Shown: positions 29,253 to 39,289, counted from the stretch's first letter. The stretch: 64,000 nt of DNA from Alphaproteobacteria bacterium (GCA_965248835.1 CBDFLJ010000002.1:320001-384000); one strand, 5' to 3'. A program made the numbers and translations. The notes: a model not told the origin generated them from the letters alone.

Positions 29253-30257
29253 ATGGTCTCCGACGGTCTGGTCTTCCTGTCTTATGAGGACACGCTGGCC
29301 CTCTTGAGCGCGTCCGAGGCGCTGGATGTCTGCGAGGACGTCTACCGGATGCATGCCAACGGCTCGGTCGACTGGACGAGCCCGCCGAGCTTCCGACTGG
29401 ACGATGACACCTTCCACCACCACTGGCACGTCAAGGGCGCGCTGCTCAACGACATCCCGGTCTCGGGCATCCGGATGTACAGCTATTACGAGGACGACGA
29501 GCGTTCGACGGTCGGCACGCTGGAAGCGACCCGCTATGTCCTTCTCAGCGATCCGCACACCTCGGTGGCGATGGCGATGGTCGACGAGCACTGGACGTAT
29601 GCGATCCGCAGCGCAGCCGCGGCCTGCATCGCTTGCAAGTGGATGGCGAACCCGGACTCGAAAATCCTGGGGCTGGTCGGCGTCGGCACGATGGGAGTGA
29701 CCTCGCTCGAATGCCTGACCTCGATGTTCGACTTCGAGGAGATCCGCTGCACTTCGAGGCGGCCGGAAACACGCCAGGCGTTCGCCGAAAAATGGTCGGC
29801 GGCGCTCGGGATCCCGGTGATCCCGGTCGCGACCCCCGAGGAGACGGTGCGCGGCGCCGACATCGCCGTCGGCGGGACCACCTCGACCGAAATCGTTAGC
29901 CGCGAGCCGTGGCTCAAGCCCGGCTGCACCTTCATCTCGCTTGCCCGGCGCGAACTCGATCCAGCCGGCTGGCCCAGGATGGACAAGGTGGTGGTGGACG
30001 ATTTCGACACCAATATGCTGACACCGGCCTTCCGCCAGACCGTCGCCGACGGCCTGCTGACCCGCGAGACCCTGCACGCCGAGATCGCGGATCTGGTGTC
30101 GGGACGGATCGGCGGGCGCGAACGCGCCGAAGAGCGCATCCTGATCCACACCGTGGGCCTGGTCTCCCAGGACGTCGCGCTATGCCACTTCGTCTATAAG
30201 AAGGCGCTGGAGGCCGGCATGGGCCGGTTTCTGCCGCTGCCGCATCTCAGCCGATGA
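29253..30257 (+). CDS. Ornithine cyclodeaminase / mu-crystallin family protein
   Basis: YAIRSAAA, GVGTMG, WLKPG, ELDP and GLVSQDVAL. Confidence 0.88.
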   Translation: MVSDGLVFLSYEDTLALLSASEALDVCEDVYRMHANGSVDWTSPPSFRLDDDTFHHHWHVKGALLNDIPVSGIRMYSYYEDDERSTVGTLEATRYVLLSDPHTSVAMAMVDEHWTYAIRSAAAACIACKWMANPDSKILGLVGVGTMGVTSLECLTSMFDFEEIRCTSRRPETRQAFAEKWSAALGIPVIPVATPEETVRGADIAVGGTTSTEIVSREPWLKPGCTFISLARRELDPAGWPRMDKVVVDDFDTNMLTPAFRQTVADGLLTRETLHAEIADLVSGRIGGRERAEERILIHTVGLVSQDVALCHFVYKKALEAGMGRFLPLPHLSR

Positions 30258-30312
30258 TACGCTGAGCAGGTTTCGGACAGGCTGGACCGGCCCGCTCCGA
30301 TCGGACCATACG

Positions 30313-30843
30313 CTAGACCCGCGCGGCGCGGCGCTCGACCTCCTCGGCGTAGATGTCCTCGTCGATGAAGCCGATCGGGCCGGGCCTGCCGGTGCCGATC
30401 ATGGTCTGCATCAGGACGTCCTCGTCGCTGTCGTTCTGGAAGCCGTGCGGGATGCCGGCCGGGCAGGAGACGACTTCGTAAGGGCCAAGCGTCGTCGAGG
30501 CGCGTCTTCCGTCTTCGTCCTGGAAGAAGACCGTAAGCCTGCCCTTCAGCACGAAAAACGCCTCCTCGACCTCGTGGGTGTGGGCGGAGCCACCCTGGCC
30601 GGGCGGCAGAATCATTATCGACAGCGTGAACCCGCCGGCCGGCAGGGCGTTGGGATCGTCCTTGCCCGACCCGCCGCCGCCGATCATGCGGAACTGCGCG
30701 CGCCGCCTTCCTTCGACCCGGGAATCGGCGAAGGCGTCCCAGTCCGGCTCGAGGTCGTCGAACCGCACCACCCGCCTGCGCGCCAGCTCCTCGATCGGGA
30801 CGTTCCTCAACTCGCGCTGGATCTCGTGTTTGACCCGTTCCAT
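30313..30843 (-). CDS. Cupin domain protein
   Basis: LPPGQGGSAHTHEVEEAFFVLKG and CPAGIPHGFQN; GGAG RBS. Confidence 0.85.
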   Translation of the reverse strand: MERVKHEIQRELRNVPIEELARRRVVRFDDLEPDWDAFADSRVEGRRRAQFRMIGGGGSGKDDPNALPAGGFTLSIMILPPGQGGSAHTHEVEEAFFVLKGRLTVFFQDEDGRRASTTLGPYEVVSCPAGIPHGFQNDSDEDVLMQTMIGTGRPGPIGFIDEDIYAEEVERRAARV

Positions 30844-30978
30844 CGCCCGGCTCCGTGTGTCGCTCACCGGCGCTGATGGTGGCCCAGCCCGCGCGCGCTT
30901 GCAACCGGACAATCCGGTCCTCGCCGCCGGCCCGGTTTGAGGGTAAAATGGAGGCGATCCATTCGAAGGGAGGGAGCG

Positions 30979-32031
30979 ATGCCGGTAGGTGATGCGCGTC
31001 TGAACGCGATGTGGCGTGAGGTCCTGGAGCTTTCCAAGGTCAAGAAGGGCGAGACGGTGGTCATCTTGACCGGGCAGTCGTCGAACCCGCGCTATATCGA
31101 GGCCTCCACGTCGGCCGCCCAGGCGCTGGGCGCGACGGTCTTTCGTATCGACATGCCGCCGGTCAACGAGGACAGGGCGATGGGCAACGACCCGTCCGCC
31201 TATGTCGGGGCGACGCCGCTGGACGGCAACCAGGCGGCGATGGAGGCGATGAAGCGCGCCGACATGGTCGTCGATCTGATGATGCTGCTGCATTCTCCGG
31301 AACAGGAGAAGATCCTGCAGTCGGGCACCCGCATGCTGCTCGCCGTCGAGCCGCCGGAAATCCTCGCCCGCATGATGCCGACGCCCGCCGACAAGCGCCG
31401 GATCAAGGCGGCATCGGCCGAGATCAAGAAGGCCAAGAACATGACGGTCACCTCGCCCTCGGGCACCGACTTCTCGTGCAGGATCGGCTCGTTCCCGGTC
31501 CTGGAAGAGTACGGCTTCGTCGACCAGCCGGGGCGCTGGGACCATTGGCCGAGCGGGTTCCTGGCGACCTGGCCGAACGAGAAGACGGCCAAGGGCACGG
31601 TCGTGCTCGATGCCGGCGACATCATATTCCCGTTCAAATCCTATGTGCAGTCGCCGATCGAGCTTTCGATCGACAAGGGGTTCATCACCCGGATCGACGG
31701 CGGTTTCGAAGCCGAGTACCTGCGCGAATACATGGAATCCTTCCGCGACCCGGACGCTTTCGCGATCTCCCACCTCGGCTGGGGGCTTCAGCCCAAGGCG
31801 CAATGGACGGCGCTTGGCATGTACGACAAGGACGCCTCCATCGGCATGGACGGGCGGTCGTTCTACGGCAACTTCCTGTTCTCGACCGGGCCCAACACCG
31901 AGGCCGGCGGCAAGCGCAACACGCCGTGCCACATCGACATCCCGATGCGCAACTGCTCGGTCTCGCTCGACGGCAAGGCGATGACACGGGACGGCGAGGT
32001 GATCCCCAAGGCCCAGCGCGCGGCGGCCTGA
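30979..32031 (+). CDS. nicX: 2,5-dihydroxypyridine 5,6-dioxygenase
   Basis: AMGNDPSAY, MMLLHSPEQEKIL.SGTRMLLAVEPPEILARM, GRWDHWPSGF, SHLGWGL and PCHIDIP closely match P. putida NicX as I recall it. Confidence 0.85.
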   Translation: MPVGDARLNAMWREVLELSKVKKGETVVILTGQSSNPRYIEASTSAAQALGATVFRIDMPPVNEDRAMGNDPSAYVGATPLDGNQAAMEAMKRADMVVDLMMLLHSPEQEKILQSGTRMLLAVEPPEILARMMPTPADKRRIKAASAEIKKAKNMTVTSPSGTDFSCRIGSFPVLEEYGFVDQPGRWDHWPSGFLATWPNEKTAKGTVVLDAGDIIFPFKSYVQSPIELSIDKGFITRIDGGFEAEYLREYMESFRDPDAFAISHLGWGLQPKAQWTALGMYDKDASIGMDGRSFYGNFLFSTGPNTEAGGKRNTPCHIDIPMRNCSVSLDGKAMTRDGEVIPKAQRAAA

Positions 32032-32103
32032 GGGGCGGCGTCGCCTCGAATCCTCGTGTGGCGGCGGGCTGCTCGTGGGTCTCCGCGGTCCATCGCCGAC
32101 GCG

Positions 32104-32793
32104 CTACTGCAGCTTGTAGCCGACCTCGTAGTGGAGGTTGATGCCGTCCCAGAACATGTATTTCATCCGCGCGCCGTCGCGGGCGTAGCGGAGCGCTATG
32201 TCCTGCTTTTCGGTCGTGTCGCAGTGCTTGACCAGGATCTCGAAGGCGCGCCCGCCGTGCTCGATATCGGCCTCGGCGTGCAACCACCAGTATTCGAGCT
32301 CGTGCTCGGAGAAGTTGTAGGTCTCGCGCAGCGCCGGCAGCACCTTGGAGAACAGCCGCGGCTCCTGCGCCTCGCTGGCGATATGGATGCCCGCGACGCC
32401 GGCGATCCAGGACTCCCGGGCGGTGACGTCGAGTTCCCAGTTGAGCCATGACTCGGTGGTCGGCAGGCCGCGTTCGGCCGCCAGCCCCTCGCGGGTCATC
32501 CCGCAAGCCTCGCAGAACCGCAGCAGCAGTTCGACATGGGGGTTCGTCGGGTCGGTCTCCTCGGCGTAGTTCTCCATCTCCATCGCCACCACGTCTTCGG
32601 GCGCCTTGGCGCAGATGTTGAACAGGGCGGCGGGGAGCAGGTTGCTGATCCAGTACCAATGCTCGCGGATGGCGCCGGCGATGGTCTCGCGCTTGACCTG
32701 GCCTGCCGCCCACTTGTCGATCAGCGGGTGGTTCGCCTGGTGGCGCTCATCGACGGCCGCCTGCAGCGTGTTGCGGAAAGATGGCGTCGTCAT
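32104..32793 (-). CDS. Heme-oxygenase-like di-iron protein (CADD/PqqC/TenA fold)
   Basis: ENYAEETDPTNPH, SEAQ and HAEADIEH give the E/H/E/H/D/H ligand set. Confidence 0.8.
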   Translation of the reverse strand: MTTPSFRNTLQAAVDERHQANHPLIDKWAAGQVKRETIAGAIREHWYWISNLLPAALFNICAKAPEDVVAMEMENYAEETDPTNPHVELLLRFCEACGMTREGLAAERGLPTTESWLNWELDVTARESWIAGVAGIHIASEAQEPRLFSKVLPALRETYNFSEHELEYWWLHAEADIEHGGRAFEILVKHCDTTEKQDIALRYARDGARMKYMFWDGINLHYEVGYKLQ

Positions 32794-32809
32794 TTCGGCA
32801 GCTCCTCGG

Positions 32810-34138
32810 TTATGAGCCCATCAGGCTCGGCAGGAAAAGCACCACATCGGGGACCGCGATCAGGAGCGCCAGCAGGACGAAGGCGCAGCCGATATAGGGC
32901 AGGCCCGCATAGACCACCTGTGAGAACGTCGTGCCCGGCGGTGCGACGCCCATCATCACGAACAGCAGCAGCCCGAACGGCGGCGTGGTCGTGCTGATCT
33001 CCAGAGCGAGCACGATGATGATGCCGAACCAGACCGGATCGAAACCGAGCGAGATCGCGAGCGGCACGAAGATCGGAATGGTCAGCATCATCTGCGAGAT
33101 CTGATCGACGAACATGCCCAGGAACAGGAGCACCGCGAACATGAACAGCAGCATGACCAGCTTGGGCAGCTCGAACCCGCTCGCCCAATCGACGATGCCG
33201 GCGCTGGCGCCCGAGAACGCCATGATCTGGCTGAAGGTCGATGACGCCAGCAGGATCATGAACACCATCGTGGTCACGACCAGCGTGCCTTCGATCGCCT
33301 TGCGGACGACCTTCAACGACAGGCAGCGGAAGCAAGCGGCGAGCACGATCACGCCGACCACGCCAAAGGCGGCAGATTCCGAAGGCGTCGCGATTCCGAC
33401 CAGGATCAGACCGACGACGCAGAAGAACACCAAGCCCAGCGGCACGATGTTGATCATCGTGAGCAGGATCTTGGTGCCGAAGCTCGTCGGGTCGACCGAA
33501 TATAGCGGCGCCGCTTCGGGGTCCAGCCTGACCTGGGCGAAAATCAGCACCGCATAGAGGCTCGCCAGGATCAGTCCCGGAAGAATGCCGCCGATCAGCA
33601 GATGGCCGATGTCGACGGCGGTCAGCGCGCCCATCAGGCTGCCCAGCAGCACCACCAGCGCGGACGGCGGGATCAGGATTGCCAGGCTGCCCGAGCCCAG
33701 GATCGGGCCCATCGACATATGCTTCTTGTATCCCCGGCGCGTCATCTCGGGCACCATCGAGGAGCCCATCATCGCCGTCGTGGAGATGCTCGATCCCGAC
33801 AAGGCGGCAAAGATCGTCCCGCCGGCCACCGCCATATAGGACAGCCGGCCGGGCACGCGCCCGAACACCTTGTCCAGCGTCGAGAAGATTCGGTCCGCGA
33901 TGCCGCAATGGAAGAACAGCTCACCCATCAGGATGAACAGCGGCACCGGGATCAGGAGGAAGTTCGAGACCGACCGCGTCGCGTTGTTGATGACCTGCTC
34001 GATTCCCGCGACCCCGCCCATGAAGACCATCGCGCCGACGACGTTGGCGATCAGGAAGGCGAAGGCGACCGGAATGCTGAGCGCCATCAGCCCGACAACG
34101 AGGCCGAGCATCATGAGGCCCGCCGTATACCACTCCAT
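32810..34138 (-). CDS. TRAP transporter large permease (DctM)
   Basis: PVPLFILMGE, LSGSSIS, LAILIPPS and TTPPFGLLLF. Confidence 0.92.
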   Translation of the reverse strand: MEWYTAGLMMLGLVVGLMALSIPVAFAFLIANVVGAMVFMGGVAGIEQVINNATRSVSNFLLIPVPLFILMGELFFHCGIADRIFSTLDKVFGRVPGRLSYMAVAGGTIFAALSGSSISTTAMMGSSMVPEMTRRGYKKHMSMGPILGSGSLAILIPPSALVVLLGSLMGALTAVDIGHLLIGGILPGLILASLYAVLIFAQVRLDPEAAPLYSVDPTSFGTKILLTMINIVPLGLVFFCVVGLILVGIATPSESAAFGVVGVIVLAACFRCLSLKVVRKAIEGTLVVTTMVFMILLASSTFSQIMAFSGASAGIVDWASGFELPKLVMLLFMFAVLLFLGMFVDQISQMMLTIPIFVPLAISLGFDPVWFGIIIVLALEISTTTPPFGLLLFVMMGVAPPGTTFSQVVYAGLPYIGCAFVLLALLIAVPDVVLFLPSLMGS

Positions 34139-34139
34139 C

Positions 34140-34652
34140 TCAGAGACCCTCCGCGCCCGCGTGGTCCTCTGACAGCATCGAATCCGGTCCGAACAGGAAC
34201 CGGCCGAACTCGGCGGCGAGCAGGAAGAACGCCAACGGCACCGGCGCGGTAACGATCCATCCCGGCATCGGGAAGGAGCGGATGTCCTCGAACCCGCGCA
34301 CGTACTCCGAGATCACGACATCGAGCGAGATAAAGGCCAGAATCAGGCAGATGGCAATGCCGGCGACATAGATCAGCCGCTCCGCCCAGAGCTTGGGCCG
34401 GCCCGACAGCAGCGACGTGAAAATGGTGATGAACACATGGGATTTGCGGCGCAGGACCCAGGGGGTCGCGTACAGCGTCGAATGGAGCAGACCGTATTCC
34501 GCGAGCGAGACCGTCCACAGCGGCGAAGGTATGCCGAGCGTCCGGACCGTCACGTCGTAGACGATGGCAAAGAAGATCGCGGTGAGCACGACGCCGCCAA
34601 GCCCGGCGAGCCCCGTGATCACCGCATCGTATGCCCTTATCAAGCCGCGCAT
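34140..34652 (-). CDS. TRAP transporter small permease (DctQ)
   Basis: Four TM segments, YDVTVR and SHVFITIF; lies between dctP and dctM. Confidence 0.88.
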   Translation of the reverse strand: MRGLIRAYDAVITGLAGLGGVVLTAIFFAIVYDVTVRTLGIPSPLWTVSLAEYGLLHSTLYATPWVLRRKSHVFITIFTSLLSGRPKLWAERLIYVAGIAICLILAFISLDVVISEYVRGFEDIRSFPMPGWIVTAPVPLAFFLLAAEFGRFLFGPDSMLSEDHAGAEGL

Positions 34653-34686
34653 GGCGCGCGTTCGGCGCCCGGCGCCGCGGCCGTGT

Positions 34687-35709
34687 TCACGGCCGGAAGA
34701 GCTTCGATTTGAAGTCCTCGATCATCGCCTGCGGGATCTTGTTCTTGGCTAGCGCCTGCCAGACGCCGATGTCGTAGGCCGCGCTCGAATAGATCTTGGC
34801 CGCCTCGCCCTTCAGGTCGATGTCGATCATGCCGCGCTGCTTGAGCTTGGCCTTCTCGTCGGTGCTCATCTTGGTGAACATGTCGTGCGCCCAGATCTCG
34901 GACTCCACCGCCGCGCGGGTAATCGCTTGCTGGTGCGCGACGCTCAGCTTGTCCCACTTGGCCTTGTTGGCGGCGATGATGATGTCGCCCTGCCAATAGG
35001 CCGGCGTGATGCGGTATTTGAGGAACTTGTCCCAGCCGAAATTGGTCACGCCGGGGCCGATCCAGGCCATGCCTTTGACGATGCCGCGCTCGAGCCCGGA
35101 ATACATCTCGGCGACGTGCATCGGGACCGCGCTGGCGCCGAACCGCTTGAGGAACTCGCGATAGATCGCGACACCGCGCAGCTTCATCCCTGTGAAGTCC
35201 GGCGTCCCGTCGGCGGCGAACTTGGGCTTGTCGGTGAGGTAGAGGTAGAACGTGTAGCCCGAACCGTAATAGCCCAGCAGCTCGGCGTTGAGGCGCTTGC
35301 GCACCGCCTGGTTCATCAGCGCCAGCCCGCCGGTGGTGCGGACTTCCATGGCATGCATGTTCGATCCGTTGAACGCCTGGATCTCCGGAATCTCGCCCAG
35401 GAAATAGGACATCGGGCCGTAATAGACGTCCAGCACGCCACGCGAGATGGCCTTCATCTGCTCGGGCACCGGGGTAACGTCCGGCCCGCCGATATAGCGG
35501 ATCTTGATCTCGTTGTTGGAGTACTCCGCCACCCGCTTCGTGAAGTCGTGCAGCGGGGGGTTGAAGGGATGCTTGCGCGGGAACGCCGTGATCGACTTCC
35601 AGTTCACATCCGCGGCGCCCGCCGGGAGGACCGTAAACGCCGCCGGCACGGCGGCCAGGGCGAGAGAGACGATCGCGCCTCCCCAGACATATTTCAGCAA
35701 CCTCATCAT
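34687..35709 (-). CDS. TRAP transporter substrate-binding protein (DctP)
   Basis: AGGAGG RBS, signal peptide, IGGPDV, DFTGMKLR and EMYSGLERGIV. Confidence 0.9.
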   Translation of the reverse strand: MMRLLKYVWGGAIVSLALAAVPAAFTVLPAGAADVNWKSITAFPRKHPFNPPLHDFTKRVAEYSNNEIKIRYIGGPDVTPVPEQMKAISRGVLDVYYGPMSYFLGEIPEIQAFNGSNMHAMEVRTTGGLALMNQAVRKRLNAELLGYYGSGYTFYLYLTDKPKFAADGTPDFTGMKLRGVAIYREFLKRFGASAVPMHVAEMYSGLERGIVKGMAWIGPGVTNFGWDKFLKYRITPAYWQGDIIIAANKAKWDKLSVAHQQAITRAAVESEIWAHDMFTKMSTDEKAKLKQRGMIDIDLKGEAAKIYSSAAYDIGVWQALAKNKIPQAMIEDFKSKLFRP

Positions 35710-35867
35710 TGCCTCCTTTGATGTTCGGAGCCTCGCCACTTGCATGTTTGGTTTTCTTTCGAGACAGTCGTCGAGCCCCGTCGAGATCTTCGAGCCGCGG
35801 CCGGGGCATGTCAACCGAGGCCTGCCCGCATCGCTGACGGGCACGCGCGGGGCGATGGGACCAAGCG

Positions 35868-37274
35868 ATGACAGACGATACGGCCTTCCTCCCCCTCACC
35901 GATCTGCTGACCGGATACGACGACGGCACCCTCTCGCCGGTCGAGGCGACGGCGGCAGTCTATGACCGGATCGAGGCCCACGACGGCGCGCTCAACCTGT
36001 TCTGCCACCTCCTGGACCGCGCGGAGGCGATCGCGGCGGCCGAAGAGGCCGCGATCCGGTGGTCGCGCAACGCGGCGTCGGGGCCGCTGGACGGGGTGCC
36101 GCTGACCGTCAAGGATGCGATCATCGCCCGGGGCTGGGCGACGCTGCGGGGCTCGAAACTGTCCGATGCGAGCGTCCCCGACGGCGAGGACGCGCCCTCG
36201 GTCGCGCGGGTACGCGCCGCCGGGGCAATCGTGATCGGCAAGACCACCATGCCCGAGTTCGGCTGGAAGGGGGTCACCGACTGCCCGCTTTCCGGGATCA
36301 CCCGCAACCCCTGGAACACCGCCATGACGCCCGGCGGATCGAGCGGCGGCTCGGCGGCGGCCGTCGCCGCGGGGATCGGCCATGCCGCGATCGGCACCGA
36401 TGCCGGCGGCTCGGTGCGCATCCCCGGCAGCTTCTGCGGGCTGATCGCGCTCAAGCCTTCGATCGGCCGGGTCGGCAACTACCCGCCGAGCGCGGCGGGG
36501 ACAATGGGCCATATCGGCCCGATAACGCGCACTGCGGCGGACGCCGCGCTGATGCTCACCGTCATGGCCGGATCGGACCCGCGCGACCCGACGGGACTGC
36601 CCGATGACGGAACGGACTACCGCGACGGGCTCGACGGAAGCATCGCCGGGATCCGCGTCGCCTTCAGCCCGACCTTGGGCTATGCCAAGGTCGACCCGGA
36701 GGTCGCCGCCCTGGTGGCGACCGCAGCCGAAGCGTTCGCGGACCTCGGCGCCCGGGTCGAGCGCGTCGATGCTCCTTTCCCCGATCCGACCGATTGCTTC
36801 CGGACCCATTTCTTCGCCGGCATCGCGCATGCGCTGCGCAATGTGCCGGCCGAGAAGCTGTCGTTGCTGGACCCGGGACTGCTGCCGATCCTGGACAAGG
36901 CCCGCGGGATCGGCCTCGGTCAGTACATGGAAGCGGTCGACGCTCGCGTGGCGCTGTCGCGGACCTCGAAGACGTTCTTCGAGACCCACGACCTGCTGCT
37001 CACCCCGACACTGGCGGTTCCGCCGTTCGAGGTCGGCAGGCTGTCTCCGGACGGCTACGACCAGGAGGAATGGATGGCGTGGTCGCCGTTCACCTATCCG
37101 TTCAACCTGACCGGACAGCCGGCGCTCAGCGTACCGTGCGGGTTCACCGCATCGGGTCTGCCGGTGGGCTTGCAGATCGTCGGCCAGTACCATGCCGATG
37201 CGTTGGTGCTGCGTGCCGCGCACGCCTATCAGAGCGCGCACCCGACATGGGACCGCCGGCCGCCGCTTGCCTGA
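35868..37274 (+). CDS. Amidase-signature amidase
   Basis: LTVKD, TPGGSSGGS and GTDAGGSVRIP (intact Ser-cisSer-Lys triad). Confidence 0.93.
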   Translation: MTDDTAFLPLTDLLTGYDDGTLSPVEATAAVYDRIEAHDGALNLFCHLLDRAEAIAAAEEAAIRWSRNAASGPLDGVPLTVKDAIIARGWATLRGSKLSDASVPDGEDAPSVARVRAAGAIVIGKTTMPEFGWKGVTDCPLSGITRNPWNTAMTPGGSSGGSAAAVAAGIGHAAIGTDAGGSVRIPGSFCGLIALKPSIGRVGNYPPSAAGTMGHIGPITRTAADAALMLTVMAGSDPRDPTGLPDDGTDYRDGLDGSIAGIRVAFSPTLGYAKVDPEVAALVATAAEAFADLGARVERVDAPFPDPTDCFRTHFFAGIAHALRNVPAEKLSLLDPGLLPILDKARGIGLGQYMEAVDARVALSRTSKTFFETHDLLLTPTLAVPPFEVGRLSPDGYDQEEWMAWSPFTYPFNLTGQPALSVPCGFTASGLPVGLQIVGQYHADALVLRAAHAYQSAHPTWDRRPPLA

Positions 37275-37277
37275 GGA

Positions 37278-38114
37278 TCAGCCGCGGCCCTGCGGCCGGT
37301 CCACCGCCTCGTAGCCCGGCCGGTAGCTCTTCTCGTCCAGGAACCCCGTCATGCCGCGGCCCCGTGTGTTCTCGGCATCGCGGAAGCGGAGCTGGTCGGA
37401 CTTGGCCTGGATGAAGTCGTAGGATTCCTCGATCGACATCATGCGCACCGACTTGATGGTTTCCTTGGTCGAGCGCAGCACCTCCGGGTTTTTCTTCATC
37501 AGGTCTTGGGCCAGGTCGATCACCTCGCTGCGCAGCCGCGCCGCCGGCACGGCATAGGTGACAAGCCCGATCTCCGCGGCGGTCTTGCCGTCGAACGGCC
37601 GGCCGGTCATCGCGTAATACATCGACTTCCGATAGTTCATGGTCATGGTGACGACCTTGCTCACCAGCCCGCCCGGCAGGATCCCCCAATTGACTTCCGA
37701 CAGCCCGAACGTCGCTTCCTCGGCGGCAATCGCGAAGTCGCAGGCGACCAGCGGGATGAACGCGCCGCCGAAGCAATAGCCGTTGACCATCGCGATGGTC
37801 GGCTTGGAGAAAGCGGACAGCTTGTACCAGCCCCAGCGGCGGTCGGCCTCGCGCGCGGCAGCCCGCTCGGCAGGCTTGTCGTCGAGGTCGCGGAAGAACA
37901 GCTTCAGGTCCATGCCTGCGCTGAACGCCTCGCCCGCGCCGGTCAGCACGAGCACCTCGATCTCCTCGTCGACGTCGAGCCGGCTGAGCGCGTCGACCAT
38001 CTCGGAATGGAGTTCCGGGCTCATCGCGTTGCGCTTCTCCGGCCGGTTCAGCCGCACCCAGGCGATGCGGTCGGCCTTTTCGATCTCGACGGTGTTGTAG
38101 GCTGGCATGGACAT
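37278..38114 (-). CDS. Hydroxycinnamoyl/feruloyl-CoA hydratase-lyase-like crotonase
   Basis: NRPEKRNAMSP, AGMDLK, FGLSEVNWGILPGG and FLDEKSYRPG. Confidence 0.82.
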   Translation of the reverse strand: MSMPAYNTVEIEKADRIAWVRLNRPEKRNAMSPELHSEMVDALSRLDVDEEIEVLVLTGAGEAFSAGMDLKLFFRDLDDKPAERAAAREADRRWGWYKLSAFSKPTIAMVNGYCFGGAFIPLVACDFAIAAEEATFGLSEVNWGILPGGLVSKVVTMTMNYRKSMYYAMTGRPFDGKTAAEIGLVTYAVPAARLRSEVIDLAQDLMKKNPEVLRSTKETIKSVRMMSIEESYDFIQAKSDQLRFRDAENTRGRGMTGFLDEKSYRPGYEAVDRPQGRG

Positions 38115-38176
38115 CCGGGCCTCCTTCTGATTACCGATTGGACGCGCACCTGGGTCAGTATACGCTTCCGGCCATC

Positions 38177-39241
38177 ATGGATTTCGGCATCAACGTCGCA
38201 ACCTCGGCCGATTCCTGGAAAGTGGTCGCGCGCGCCGAGGCGTTGGGCTTCAGCCACGCCTGGTTCTTCGACACCCAGTTGATCAACGCCGACATTTTCG
38301 TCGCCATGGCTGCGGCGGCGATGCGCACCGAGCGCATCAAGCTCTGCGCCGGCGTGCTGATCCCGTCCAATCGGATCGCGCCGGTGGCCGCCAACGCGCT
38401 CGCCTCGCTTTCCAAGCTGGCGCCGGGGCGCATCCAGTGCGGCATCGGCACCGGTTTCACCGCGCGGCGCGCAATGGGCTTGGGCGCGCTCCCGCTGGCC
38501 GAGGTCGAGGCGTATGTCGAGGTGATCCGCGGCCTGCTCGCCGGACAGACGGTCAGCGCCGACATCGAGGGCGAATCGAGACAGATCCGCTTCCTCAACC
38601 CCGAGCTCGGCCTGATCGAGACCGCGCATGACATCCCCATCCACATGAGCGCGCTCGGGCCCAGGGGGCGGGCGATGACCGCGCGCCTCGGGCTGGACTG
38701 GATCGTGCCGGCGCGCTCCAACGAGCAGACCGTCGCCCAGATCGAGGACATGCAGCGGTGCTGGCACGAGGCCGGCCGGGTGGCCGAGGATCTCTACACC
38801 ACCGTCCAGTGCGGCGGCTGCATCCTCGCCGACGGCGAGCCGGTCGACAGCGCGCGGGCAATGGCCCAGGCGGGGCCCGCCGCCGCCATGGTGATGCACG
38901 ACATGGTCGAAGCCCGGTCCCTCGGCCGGCTCGGCTTCGCGGTCCCCGAGATGCTGCACCGCTCTCTCGAGGCGTACCGCGAGATCCATGCCCGCTACAC
39001 GCCCAAGGACGCAAGCTATCTCAGCACCCATGCCGGCCACCTGATGGTGGTGCGGCCCGAGGAGCGGCCGCTGATCAGCGCCGAGATGATCCGCGCGCTC
39101 AGCTTCACCGGCACCGCGGCGGAACTGCGCGAACGGGTGCGCGGCTTCCGCGACGCCGGCTTTCGCCAGTTCTCCGCCCATATCCGTCATGGCCACCCGG
39201 AGATGGTCGAGGAATGGGCCGAGCTTCTGGCCACCGTCTAG
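38177..39241 (+). CDS. LLM-class flavin-dependent oxidoreductase
   Basis: AEALGFSHAWFFDTQ, TERIKL and LAPGRIQCGIGTG. Confidence 0.88.
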   Translation: MDFGINVATSADSWKVVARAEALGFSHAWFFDTQLINADIFVAMAAAAMRTERIKLCAGVLIPSNRIAPVAANALASLSKLAPGRIQCGIGTGFTARRAMGLGALPLAEVEAYVEVIRGLLAGQTVSADIEGESRQIRFLNPELGLIETAHDIPIHMSALGPRGRAMTARLGLDWIVPARSNEQTVAQIEDMQRCWHEAGRVAEDLYTTVQCGGCILADGEPVDSARAMAQAGPAAAMVMHDMVEARSLGRLGFAVPEMLHRSLEAYREIHARYTPKDASYLSTHAGHLMVVRPEERPLISAEMIRALSFTGTAAELRERVRGFRDAGFRQFSAHIRHGHPEMVEEWAELLATV

Positions 39242-39250
39242 CAATGCCAC

Positions 39251-39289
39251 CGAGACCGGATACGGAGACCGGATATGGAGACCGGATAT
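39251..39289 (+). repeat. 3 x 13-bp tandem repeat containing the RBS and start of the next gene
   Basis: CGAGACCGGATAC GGAGACCGGATAT GGAGACCGGATAT(G). Confidence 0.9.

Noticed and set aside
32104-32793. pqqC, or CADD-type pABA synthase (also 42284-43015)
   Set aside because: No pqq or folate context, and the recalled sacrificial Tyr position is not Tyr.
39251-39289. CRISPR-like array
   Set aside because: 13-bp units without spacers, and no cas genes in the window.
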